This document shows, piece by piece, positions 34,547-43,489 of a stretch of DNA of 64,000 nt (its first letter is position 1; every line of letters begins with the position of its first letter). The notes beneath the pieces are model-generated. The model was not told the origin of the DNA, searched no databases, and saw only the letters and a list, made by a program, of their open reading frames with translations. The stretch lies in NCBI GenBank assembly GCA_964474695.1, contig CAYYTK010000006.1, forward strand, positions 95,526-159,525, in the 5' to 3' direction. The DNA comes from an uncultured Anaerolineales bacterium (GTDB taxonomy: Bacteria > Chloroflexota > Anaerolineae > CG2-30-64-16). The translations under genes were made by a program, and so were the position numbers.

Positions 34547-34735
34547 GGATTTGGTAGAATGATGACGAGGTAAATTGGTAACTTGGGAGCTGATACTGGC
34601 CCCCCAATTCACCAGGCCACCAATCTACCAATTACCAATCTACCAATCTACCAATCTACCAATTACCAATCTACCAATCTACCAATTACCAATCTACCAA
34701 TTTACCAATTACCAATCTACCAATTACCAATCTAC
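34547..34735. repeat. largest family-B array: about 15 tandem CCAATCTA / CCAATTA units preceded by inverted GGTA-ATTGG units
   Basis: Read directly. Sits between the carbamoyltransferase stop (34732) and the four-helix-bundle gene start. The ORF-track entry 34583..34792 merely translates it. Confidence 0.9.
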
Positions 34736-35718
34736 ATCGTGAGTGCCATCACGGCCTTCTGCGCGTGCAGTCGGTTCTCTGCTTCGTCGTAGACCACTGA
34801 GTTCGGCCCATCGATGACGCCATCGGTGACTTCGATGTTGCGGTCGGCGGGCAGCGGGTGCATGTAGATGGCATCGGGCTGCGCCAGCGCCATCTTGCGC
34901 TCGTCGGTGATCCAGTTCTTGTAGGTGTCCTGGAGCTTCTTGCCCTCGACCTTGTCGGCGGTGGTGAGCAGCGGGCCCCACGACTTGGCATAAATGACGT
35001 CCGCGTCCTTGAACGCGATGTCCATGCCGTTTACGTCTTCGACGATTTCGAAGCTGGTCTTGTACTTGCGCGCCTGTTCCTCGGCCATTCCCACGATCTC
35101 AGGCATCAGTTGGAAGCCGGGCGGATAGGCGAGGGTCACGTCCATGCCGAAGCGCGGCATCTGCACGATCAGCGACTGCGGCACCGAGATCGGCTTGAGA
35201 TACGACGCCGCGTACGCCCATGAGACGACGATCTTCTTCTTGCGCAGATCGCGGCCCTTCTTCTCCATGATGGTCATCAGGTCGGCCAGGCACTGGAAGG
35301 GGTGGTAGATGTCGCACTGCATGTTGAGCACGGGCACGCGCGACGCCTTGGCAACTGCGTTGATGTACTTGTTGCCGTCCAGCCAGTCGCAGTGGCGGAT
35401 GGCGATCCCGTCGAAGTAGCGGCCGAAAATCTCGCCGATCTCTTTCGGCGTGTCGCCGTGTGAGATCTGGGTGGTGTTGGAGTCAATGAATGCGCCGTGC
35501 CCGCCGAGCTGCGCCATGCCTGCTTCGAACGAGCCGCGGGTGCGGGTGCTGCTGAAGAAAAACAGCATCGCCAACACCTTGTCGCGCAGATACGCATGGG
35601 GTTCGTTCAGCGCGCGCTTGCGCTTCAGATCGAACGCCACGTCCAGTACAGTCTCGACCTCCTCCTTCGAGAAGTCAAGATCACCGATAAGGTCACGACC
35701 GTGAAGATAGGTTTGCAT
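34732..35718 (-). CDS. aspartate/ornithine carbamoyltransferase family protein (specificity unassigned)
   Basis: SSTRTR carbamoyl-phosphate motif, HPFQCLAD and MHPLPA motifs. 328 aa. Confidence 0.75.
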   Translation of the reverse strand: MQTYLHGRDLIGDLDFSKEEVETVLDVAFDLKRKRALNEPHAYLRDKVLAMLFFFSSTRTRGSFEAGMAQLGGHGAFIDSNTTQISHGDTPKEIGEIFGRYFDGIAIRHCDWLDGNKYINAVAKASRVPVLNMQCDIYHPFQCLADLMTIMEKKGRDLRKKKIVVSWAYAASYLKPISVPQSLIVQMPRFGMDVTLAYPPGFQLMPEIVGMAEEQARKYKTSFEIVEDVNGMDIAFKDADVIYAKSWGPLLTTADKVEGKKLQDTYKNWITDERKMALAQPDAIYMHPLPADRNIEVTDGVIDGPNSVVYDEAENRLHAQKAVMALTM

Positions 35719-35730
35719 AGGATTCTCCTT

Positions 35731-36759
35731 TCATCGATTTGCGATTTCGTCCGTGCGACCCAAGACAAGCGCCAGCAGCGCCATACGCATCACGACGCCG
35801 TGGTACGCCTCCTGCCAGTAGCGGGACCATTTCGTGATATCCACGTCAAGGGGGATTTCATCCATGCGCGGCAGCGAGTGCAGCAGGATGGCATCCGACT
35901 TGGCCTTGTTCGCCAGCAGATCGCGTGTGATCTTATAGGCGGCCGGGGTCAGGCTGTGGTCCTTGCTGGCTTCCTGGCGCGCCTGGGTGTAGTCAGGCTG
36001 GATCACCGGCTCGACCAGGATCACATCCGCGTCCGCAATGACCTGCTCGACGTGTTCGGCCTCTTTGAAGTCCAGCGAATAGCGCTGGAAGTCGGCCTTG
36101 TACTCTTCCGGCATGCGCATATCCGGCGAGCCGGGGAACAGCGCGTCCGGCGTCGGACCGACAAACGTGATGGGGCAGTCGAACTGGGTGAGCGCATACC
36201 CCAGCGAGTGCATGGTGCGCATACGCATGTCGCCGACGGCCACCCACTTGAGACCGTCAATGCGGCCCCTGGTGCGCAAAACGGTGTAGAGATCGGTCAG
36301 GATTTGGGTTGGATGCTCGCCCCAGCCGTCACCGCCGTTGATGATCGGCACCGACGACCAATATGCCGCCTCCTGCGGCGCGCCCTTTTGATAGTGGCGC
36401 ATCACGATCACGTCCCCGTAAAACTCCAGCATCTTGACGGTGTCTTTGATCGATTCTTGATACCAATCGCCCGCACGGGTCATCTTGGCATCGGAGAAGC
36501 CGGTGACATGCCCGCCCAGGCGGTGCATCGCGGCCTCGTGCGCCAGGCGCGTGCGGGTGGACGGCTGATAGAATGCCGTCACCAGCGTCTTGTCTTTCAG
36601 CAGATCTCCGTTGTGCCGGTTGCGCGCAAACGGTTCCATTTGTTCCGCGACATCGAAGACGCGGAAGAACTCTTGACGTTCGAAATCTTTGAGCGAGAGG
36701 ATGTCACGACCTTCAAAGCTACGCATAGGAGTTTCCTTTCCAGGTTGATTTACCACCAA
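35731..36759 (-). CDS. second, divergent aspartate/ornithine carbamoyltransferase family protein
   Basis: PSTRTR, EHPTQILTD and LHSLP motifs. 342 aa. Confidence 0.7.
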   Translation of the reverse strand: MVVNQPGKETPMRSFEGRDILSLKDFERQEFFRVFDVAEQMEPFARNRHNGDLLKDKTLVTAFYQPSTRTRLAHEAAMHRLGGHVTGFSDAKMTRAGDWYQESIKDTVKMLEFYGDVIVMRHYQKGAPQEAAYWSSVPIINGGDGWGEHPTQILTDLYTVLRTRGRIDGLKWVAVGDMRMRTMHSLGYALTQFDCPITFVGPTPDALFPGSPDMRMPEEYKADFQRYSLDFKEAEHVEQVIADADVILVEPVIQPDYTQARQEASKDHSLTPAAYKITRDLLANKAKSDAILLHSLPRMDEIPLDVDITKWSRYWQEAYHGVVMRMALLALVLGRTDEIANR

Positions 36760-36790
36760 GCCACAAAGGTTTTGTGATCACTGTAGGGGC

Positions 36791-36882
36791 AGGTCTTGCA
36801 CCTGCCCCCACAGATGCGGCATGTATGTCGGCGGCATACGCGCCATTGGGCCTTTGTGTCTTTGTGTCTCTGTGTTTTTGTG
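36791..36882. repeat. 9-bp-stem hairpin (GGGGCAGGT-CTTGC-ACCTGCCCC) followed by CTTTGTGT tandem octamers (x4, imperfect)
   Basis: Read directly. Intergenic between the ygeY stop and the carbamoyltransferase start. Confidence 0.8.
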
Positions 36883-36883
36883 G

Positions 36884-38104
36884 TTAGAGCAGTTCCTTAA
36901 GCATCACCGGCAGCGCCGCATACCACTCAGCGGCTTGAACCACCTCATCGAGGGGTACGTTTTCGTTTCGCATGTGGGCTGTTTTCTCGTCGCCAGGTCC
37001 AAGCCCGATGGATGGGATGCCCGCCTTGCCCGCCCAATAGGTGCCATTCGTGGAGAAGTCCCACGTGCCGAGCGGCCGTGCTTCGCCCCACAGCGCCTCG
37101 ATGGCGCGCTGCCCTGCTGCTGCCAGCGGATGAGTGTCCTCGAGCAGCCAGGCAGGATAGTATTTGCTTACAGGGAAGACGAACCCCGTGTAAGACGGCT
37201 CATCGTAGAAAAGCTCCTCGACGGTGATCTCATCCTGCAGGTAATCAGGGATGAGCCCCTTGATCTGCGCGATGACCTCATCATGTGGCTCATTCGACGT
37301 GATGCGCCGATCGATGTAGATCGTGAACTCATCCGGCACAGCATTGAGGGAAGCCGTGCGAACGTGAACATCGGTGACCGCGATGGAAGGCACCCCCTGC
37401 ACCGGATGGCCGCCCATGCCGAAATGGAAACGACGATCCAGCTCGCGAATTTGCGTGATGATCGCCGCCATCTTGTACACCGCGTTGTCGCCCAGGTAGT
37501 GCGAGGCTGCATGGGCTGAGCGGCCGGAAGCGGTGATTTTCAGTTCGATGCGGCCCTTATGTCCCCGATAAACCTGCATCTTTGTCGGTTCACCGATGAC
37601 CGCGAAATCAGGCCGGACTTTTGGGTCCACCTCTACGAATGTATTGGGCGCGATGCCGTCGCACCACTCCTCCATGTTGCCGAAGTAGTAGACGGTGTAG
37701 CCGTCCAGCAGGCCCAGGTCGCGGGCGATTGCCAGCCCGTGCACCATACCGGGCGTGCTGCCTTTCTCGTCGCATGCCCCGCGCGCGTACAGGCGGCCAT
37801 CTTCAATCTTGCCGATGAAGGGATCCCATTCCCATTCCGCCGGGTCGCCGACGCCCACCGTGTCGATGTGCGAATCGTAGACGATCACCTTTGGCCCGTC
37901 TCCGATGCGCCCAACCGTGTTGCCCATCTTGTCGAAGCGCGCCTCATCCCAACCGAGCTTACGCATCTCGGCCTGGATGCGTTCGCCGACGGGGCCAATT
38001 TGCGAATTCATCGAGGGAATCGCGCAGATGTCGCGCATGAATTGGATGATGTCATCGCGACGCTGTTGAACACGCTGTTGGATCTCTTTGATCTGGTCCA
38101 TCAA
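36884..38104 (-). CDS. ygeY: YgeY-like M20-family metallo-hydrolase
   Basis: M20 peptidase metal-ligand motifs (HIDTV; GACDEKG; EE...) with an ArgE/DapE-like fold over 406 aa. Confidence 0.8.
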   Translation of the reverse strand: MMDQIKEIQQRVQQRRDDIIQFMRDICAIPSMNSQIGPVGERIQAEMRKLGWDEARFDKMGNTVGRIGDGPKVIVYDSHIDTVGVGDPAEWEWDPFIGKIEDGRLYARGACDEKGSTPGMVHGLAIARDLGLLDGYTVYYFGNMEEWCDGIAPNTFVEVDPKVRPDFAVIGEPTKMQVYRGHKGRIELKITASGRSAHAASHYLGDNAVYKMAAIITQIRELDRRFHFGMGGHPVQGVPSIAVTDVHVRTASLNAVPDEFTIYIDRRITSNEPHDEVIAQIKGLIPDYLQDEITVEELFYDEPSYTGFVFPVSKYYPAWLLEDTHPLAAAGQRAIEALWGEARPLGTWDFSTNGTYWAGKAGIPSIGLGPGDEKTAHMRNENVPLDEVVQAAEWYAALPVMLKELL

Positions 38105-38167
38105 TCTTCCTCCCTGTGATTCTGACCTGGATGGTGTCAGTAGAACGAAATGAGTGTCGCTGCGCCT

Positions 38168-38935
38168 TTACGCACCTGCAACGCGTCTCACAACATGGAA
38201 TCGGAAACAGCCGGGGACAAAATGGCTGATGGCATAGTCGACGACTTGTCCATCGATCGCGTACAACTGCGCCTCGAGCCGCATCAGCGCCTCGCCGCGG
38301 CGGACGTTCAGCGCGCGCGCCAGGTTGGCATCAGCGGCCTCCGCAAGCAGCTCTGTCCATGAGTGGGACAGCGCCGGCCAGCCGCGTGCCAGCAAGATAT
38401 CCAACACCGAACCGTGGAAGGCCGAGCCGAGCTCGGCCTGGTTCAAAAACCGCTTGGGCAGCACATCGGCCAAATACGCCACCGGCTTGCTTTCAGCCGA
38501 AATCACGCGCTGGACGCACGTGGCCGGCTCGGGGGTTGCCAACGCCAGCCCCTTTGCCTCTGTGGCGGTCGTCATCCGTTCGAAAATGTTCACTTCGCCC
38601 ATCTGCATGTGCAGGCCGCAGCGCGCAGCCATCTGCTCGATGCTTTCCAGCACCTCCAGGCCTGTCTCCAGCAGCGGCAACTGCTCCGCCACAAAGGTGC
38701 CCACGCCGTGCCGGCGGACAATGGCGCCTTCCTCTTCTAGCTGATGCAATGCCTCGCGCAGCGTCGGCCGGGAGATGCCGAGTTGCTCGGAAAGCACGTG
38801 CTCCGAGGGCAGCCGCGCGCCGGGCGCATAACCGCCCTTTTGCACCAGTTCTTTCAGCGCTTCACTGGCCTGGACGTATAGCGGACGATGGTCGGCCCGC
38901 AGACGAACATCATTGTTGACCGGGTACATAATCAA
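38168..38935 (-). CDS. GntR-family transcriptional regulator (FadR/FCD-type C-terminal domain)
   Basis: N-terminal wHTH LPSEHVLSEQLGISRPTLREAL. Start overlaps the upstream XDH stop (ATGA). Confidence 0.8.
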   Translation of the reverse strand: MIMYPVNNDVRLRADHRPLYVQASEALKELVQKGGYAPGARLPSEHVLSEQLGISRPTLREALHQLEEEGAIVRRHGVGTFVAEQLPLLETGLEVLESIEQMAARCGLHMQMGEVNIFERMTTATEAKGLALATPEPATCVQRVISAESKPVAYLADVLPKRFLNQAELGSAFHGSVLDILLARGWPALSHSWTELLAEAADANLARALNVRRGEALMRLEAQLYAIDGQVVDYAISHFVPGCFRFHVVRRVAGA

Positions 38936-41295
38936 CCGGCTTTCAGTCCCAGCTTGCAGGCGCGATCTGAGCCCCTCTGGTGCAGATCGTGGCCCAGCAG
39001 CACGCGTTCCAGATTGGCCGGCAGGTCTTGCACCCGGCGGCCCGTAGCATGGGTGATGGCGTTCAGGATGGCCGGCGCCGTGGGCACCATGGCGGGTTCG
39101 CCGATGTTCTTGGCGCCGAAAGGCCCCGGGCTGAACGGTTTCTGCACGAAGTGGCCCGAGATATCAGGTACGTCGACCGCGGTCGGAATCAGATACTCGT
39201 CGAAGTTCGTGGCCTGCATGTAGCCCTGGTCGTAGTCTACTCGTTCCATCAGCGCGTAGCCCACTCCCTGGGTGATGCCGCCGTAGAGCTGGCCCAGGAT
39301 CCCCTGGGGGAAGATCACCGTGCCGGTGTTGTGCGCCGCCCAGATGTTCGCCACGCTCACCTTGCCCGTCCCGGTATCCACAATCACCTCGGCCACCTGT
39401 GCGCCGTAGTGATAGGCAAAATAGGGCTTGCCGGTGCCATCCTCCATCGACCAATGGATCTTGGGCGCATCCCAGCGGCCGTGCGCCGAAAGCATCAGCC
39501 CCATCTCGCGCGCATGGTCTACGACATCTTCGAAGCTGGCCGGCTCCTCTTGCGGCCCGATGAAGGTCTCCCCATCGCGCAGCACCTGCACCAGGCTGCA
39601 TCCGAAGAGGTTGGCTGCCGCATGATGCAGCAGGCTGTTGAGGCGTTCGGCTGTGACGCGCACGGCGTTGCCCCCCAACACGGTCGCGCGTGAAGCGACC
39701 GTGGGACCACCGGCGATGGCCGTATCGGTGTCAGGCCGATCCATGTGGATGCGGTCCGGCCGCAGGCCCAATACCTCTGCGGCGATCAGGGTGAAGGTGG
39801 TGCGCGAGCCGGTGCCGTAGTCGGTCAGGCCCGAGGTCAGGGTGAGCGAGGCATCGTCATTGACGCGCAGCGTGCTGACCGCGAAGTCATCCCCCTCGGC
39901 TCCCAACGACAGGCCGTGGAAGAAGCAGGCCACGCCGATGCCATGACGGAGTTCACCGGCCGCGGTCGGCCGCGTTCCTCCCCGCTGCCCATATTCGCGT
40001 CGTTTGCGATCCCAGTCGGAGGCCCGGCGCACGTGCTCCAGGCATTCGACCAGCGCGACGTCGTCGCCCAGACGTTGGCCGTGTGCCGTCTCGTCGCCCG
40101 GCCGCAGGCAGTTCTTCAGGCGCAGTTCGATGGGATCGATCTGCAAGCGATCGGCCAGCATATCGATGGCCTGCTCGATACAGGCCGTCGTCTCTGTGTT
40201 GCCGAAGCCGCGGAACGCCCCCGTGTAGCCGTTGTTCGTGTACGCGACGTAGGTGTCGACATGGCACGCGTCATAGCGATACGCGCCCATGGCGTGGATA
40301 TTGCCGCGCCAGGCCACGAACGGCGTGATGGCGGAATACGCGCCGCTGTCCACCAGGAGATCGACCTTGCTGGCTTTCAACTGGCCGGAGATGTTCGCGC
40401 CCAGCCGGATGTGCACCCGCATGGGGTTGCGCTTGTAGGAGAAGATCATCGACTCTTCGCGGCCGAACGACATCCGCACGGGGCAGCCTGTCAGCAGCGC
40501 CAGCTTGGCCACCTGGCCGGATGTCTGGTAGATCTGGTCGTCCTTGCCGCCAAACGCGCCGCCTACCGGCGGCTGGATTACGCGCACGTTCTCCTCGCCC
40601 AGGCCCAGGACGCGACACAGGTTATTCCGGTCGTTGAACGGGCTCTGGCTGGGTGAGTAGACCGTGACGCCGGTGCTGCCTGGCCAGGGAACTGCCACCG
40701 CGGCCTCGGTCTCGATGTAGGCGTGCTCTTGATGGGCGGTGCTGAACTGCTCGTCCAGCAGGATCTCGGATTCCTGTAGAATCGGATCCGGATCGCCTTT
40801 GCGGACGATATGTTTGACCAACAGATTGCCGCGCGGCTCAGTCGGTGAATCCCACGGCTGCTGGCCGACGAGCGGCGCGTCCGGTTTCAGCGCCTCGGCC
40901 GGGTCGAACACGCCCGGCAAAGGCTCCAGTTCAACCTCGATGGCCGCTAGCCCGGCCGCCAATGCTTCCAGGGTTTCGGCCGCCACAGCCGCAATCGCAT
41001 CCCCTACATAGCGCACATGCTCGTGCGCCAGCATGTACATATCCTGGACCGGGTAGCCGAAGTTTCCATGACTGACGAAATCCTCACCCGTGATGGCTGC
41101 CTTCACGCCGGGCACCCGCAGGGCCGGGGTCACATCCAGGCGGACGATCCGCGCATGGGGCAGGTCGCTGCGCAGGCAGCGGGCATGCAGCATCCCCGGC
41201 ACCTTGTAGTCTCCTGCGTATTTGGCCGTGCCGAGGACCTTCTCCAGGGCGTCGACGCGTTTGGCCGGTTTGCCGACGTACTTGAGCTCAGCCAT
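38932..41295 (-). CDS. xanthine dehydrogenase / CoxL-family molybdopterin-binding large subunit (second system)
   Basis: 787 aa. Mo-hydroxylase large-subunit motifs (PVGGAFGGK; GFGNTE...). Confidence 0.85.
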   Translation of the reverse strand: MAELKYVGKPAKRVDALEKVLGTAKYAGDYKVPGMLHARCLRSDLPHARIVRLDVTPALRVPGVKAAITGEDFVSHGNFGYPVQDMYMLAHEHVRYVGDAIAAVAAETLEALAAGLAAIEVELEPLPGVFDPAEALKPDAPLVGQQPWDSPTEPRGNLLVKHIVRKGDPDPILQESEILLDEQFSTAHQEHAYIETEAAVAVPWPGSTGVTVYSPSQSPFNDRNNLCRVLGLGEENVRVIQPPVGGAFGGKDDQIYQTSGQVAKLALLTGCPVRMSFGREESMIFSYKRNPMRVHIRLGANISGQLKASKVDLLVDSGAYSAITPFVAWRGNIHAMGAYRYDACHVDTYVAYTNNGYTGAFRGFGNTETTACIEQAIDMLADRLQIDPIELRLKNCLRPGDETAHGQRLGDDVALVECLEHVRRASDWDRKRREYGQRGGTRPTAAGELRHGIGVACFFHGLSLGAEGDDFAVSTLRVNDDASLTLTSGLTDYGTGSRTTFTLIAAEVLGLRPDRIHMDRPDTDTAIAGGPTVASRATVLGGNAVRVTAERLNSLLHHAAANLFGCSLVQVLRDGETFIGPQEEPASFEDVVDHAREMGLMLSAHGRWDAPKIHWSMEDGTGKPYFAYHYGAQVAEVIVDTGTGKVSVANIWAAHNTGTVIFPQGILGQLYGGITQGVGYALMERVDYDQGYMQATNFDEYLIPTAVDVPDISGHFVQKPFSPGPFGAKNIGEPAMVPTAPAILNAITHATGRRVQDLPANLERVLLGHDLHQRGSDRACKLGLKAG

Positions 41296-41785
41296 GTGTC
41301 ACCCCCTCTGCTGCCTCTGTGTTTCGGCGCTCGCGAGCCGTGACCTCGATCGCATCTACGATCTGTTGATAGCCCGTGCAGCGGCACAGGTTGCCGGCGA
41401 TTGCCTCGCGAATCTCTGTCCGATCGGGCGCGAGGGTGCGCGCCAGCAGCGCCTCACCCGCCAACACCATGCCGGGGATGCAATAACCGCATTGCACCGC
41501 GCCGTACTCGATGAAGTTTCGCTGCAAGTCATTGGGCCCGCCGTCTGCGCCCCGAATCCCCTCGATCGTCGTGACGTTGCGGCCGTGCGCCTGCGGCGCC
41601 AGCACCAGGCACGAGTTCACGAGCCGGCCGTCCAGGATCACCGAGCACGCGCCGCATTCGCCGACGCCACACCCTTCCTTGGTGCCAGTCAGATTCAGAT
41701 AGTCGCGCAGCAGATGGAGCAGGTTGATGTCGGTCGGCGCTTCCACGCTCACCGGGCTGCCGTTCAGCATAAACGAGATTTTCAT
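41288..41785 (-). CDS. [2Fe-2S]-binding small subunit (CoxS/XdhC-like)
   Basis: CGVGECGACSV and CGYCIPG...CRCTGY cysteine clusters. ATGA overlap with the FAD subunit stop. Confidence 0.85.
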   Translation of the reverse strand: MKISFMLNGSPVSVEAPTDINLLHLLRDYLNLTGTKEGCGVGECGACSVILDGRLVNSCLVLAPQAHGRNVTTIEGIRGADGGPNDLQRNFIEYGAVQCGYCIPGMVLAGEALLARTLAPDRTEIREAIAGNLCRCTGYQQIVDAIEVTARERRNTEAAEGVTHG

Positions 41786-42675
41786 GCCTCTTCTCCTTCT
41801 GTCCACGGCAAGCCGAACACCTGCAGCAACGCACGCGTCACCATCGCCAGCAGGGCCGGTTCCTTGAATTCGCTGGACCAGCGCTTCCCTGTCACCTTTG
41901 TCATTTCACTCACGGCCAGTTGCCCGGCGGCCTCGCACAGTGTGATGCTGGGCGTCTCGCCTACCAGGAGTTGTTCCACCGCCGTGAAGCGCCGGATTTG
42001 TGGTGTGGCCGAGCCTGGTGCCAGCCGCGCCTCGGCGATGCGCCCATCCGGGCCGACCCGGCCCAGCGCAGCCACGGTGAGGCGGGAGATGGCCATCGCG
42101 TTGCGCCGGCCCAGCTTGACAAAAACGCTGCGGCTGCCGGGCGCAGGAACACCATAGCTCAATGAGACCAGCAAGCCGCCCGGCGGGATTTGTGTCCGAT
42201 TGGGCCGGATGATCATCTCGGCCACTGGCCAGGTCAGCTCTCCGTTCGGCGTGAGGACCCGCGCTGCAGCATCGAGGCAGACCAGCGCCGGCAGCGAGTC
42301 CGCGCACGCGGCCGCATTCGCTACGTTGCCGCCCAAAGTACCCATATTGCGGATTTGGGTCGCGCCTACCGAGCGACACGCCTGCGCCAGCACCGGCGCT
42401 GTCTCGCAGACGACTGCGCTTTCGATGATCTCGCTGAAGGTGGCCGCCGCACCGATCACGACAGCACCATCCGAGCGCGCAATATGATGCAGCTCAGGAA
42501 TCTGCGTGATATCCACTACTCTATCCAAACCTGGTTTGGATAGAGTGCGCTCTTCTCGCAGCAGCAGCACCAGGTCGGTGCCGCCTGCCAACGGCCGGCT
42601 GCGCACCCCCGGTGCATTCAGCAGGGCGACCGCTTGCGGAATACTTTCTGCCCTCACGTAGCTAAATCGTTCCAT
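41782..42675 (-). CDS. FAD-binding medium subunit (CoxM/XdhB-like)
   Basis: PLAGGTDL FAD motif with the CO-dehydrogenase-flavoprotein C-terminal domain. Confidence 0.85.
   Translation of the reverse strand: MERFSYVRAESIPQAVALLNAPGVRSRPLAGGTDLVLLLREERTLSKPGLDRVVDITQIPELHHIARSDGAVVIGAAATFSEIIESAVVCETAPVLAQACRSVGATQIRNMGTLGGNVANAAACADSLPALVCLDAAARVLTPNGELTWPVAEMIIRPNRTQIPPGGLLVSLSYGVPAPGSRSVFVKLGRRNAMAISRLTVAALGRVGPDGRIAEARLAPGSATPQIRRFTAVEQLLVGETPSITLCEAAGQLAVSEMTKVTGKRWSSEFKEPALLAMVTRALLQVFGLPWTEGEEA
42517..42545. repeat. family-C-related 14-bp-arm palindrome (ACTCTATCCAAACC-T-GGTTTGGATAGAGT) inside the FAD-subunit CDS
   Basis: Read directly. Encodes KPGLDRV in frame. Shares the AAACCWGGTTT core with the intergenic copies. 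Confidence 0.8.
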
Positions 42676-43489
42676 CTAGGTTTCCCCCTTTGGTCCCCCC
42701 TGCCCCAATGGCCCCCCGGAGCGATCTGAAGGATTGCACGATCCGGCGGACGACTGTGTAGTTGTAGTCGCCGGTGACAAAATGATTGCGAAAAAGGGCG
42801 ATCGGCATGTCTGTTTCGGAAAACACGGTCTCGATCAGGTGCAGCACCGCCCCGCCTTCATCGATGCGCAAGCGTTCGGCCAGATCTCGATCGGCCGCAA
42901 TCGCATAGATGGCTGTGCGTGAGTAGGCGATCGGTAGGTTCGCCTGCCGGTAGAGGTGCTCCAACAGCGACCCTTCGTCGGCTGCCAGCAGCTCTGAATC
43001 TACCCGCTCTCGCGCAATCAACCCTTCGAGATAAGCCAACCGGCGGCCCTCGATGGCCTCAATCACACGTACTTGCACGACTTGCGAGCCCGTCGGTAGA
43101 TGGAGCGCAGCGGCTGTTGTTGCGTCGGCTTCAATCAGCTCCACTGAGCGCAGAACAACCTGCACCGTCGCGCCGGCCAGCTCCGCCACTGACCGAAAGC
43201 TGGCCAGCCGCTCCAGGCCGCCGGAGATGGTTCGGGATCGGGGTGTCACCAGGGTGCCCACCCCCTGCTTGCGGACGATAAGCCCGTCTTTTTCGAGGTG
43301 GCTCAGCGCTTCACGGATCGTTGACCGCGAGACACCCAACAGCGTGGCGAGGTCCGTCTCTGCGGGCAAGGGCTGGCCCGGCTCGTAGGCTCCATGTTCA
43401 AGCAATTCGTACAGCGCGTCGACAGCCTGGACGTAGAGGGGCCGCGTGTCCGCGCGTAACAAGCGCAGGCTATGCTCGGCTTGGGACAT
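42662..43489 (-). CDS. GntR-family regulator, HutC/UTRA-type effector domain
   Basis: LPAETDLATLLGVSRSTIREAL wHTH with an UTRA-like C-terminus. Confidence 0.8.
   Translation of the reverse strand: MSQAEHSLRLLRADTRPLYVQAVDALYELLEHGAYEPGQPLPAETDLATLLGVSRSTIREALSHLEKDGLIVRKQGVGTLVTPRSRTISGGLERLASFRSVAELAGATVQVVLRSVELIEADATTAAALHLPTGSQVVQVRVIEAIEGRRLAYLEGLIARERVDSELLAADEGSLLEHLYRQANLPIAYSRTAIYAIAADRDLAERLRIDEGGAVLHLIETVFSETDMPIALFRNHFVTGDYNYTVVRRIVQSFRSLRGAIGAGGTKGGNLDGTI

Noticed and set aside
34547-34735. Possible CRISPR array (regular short repeats).
   Set aside because: Units are only 7-8 bp and directly tandem, with no 25-40-bp spacers and no cas genes. It is a microsatellite-like array, not CRISPR.
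42517-42545. Intragenic AAACCTGGTTT palindrome as evidence of a family-C insertion into the FAD subunit.
   Set aside because: Only 29 bp, and it encodes KPGLDRV, which reads as native-looking sequence with no obvious extra loop. It could be chance similarity, so it is reported only as a related copy rather than an insertion.
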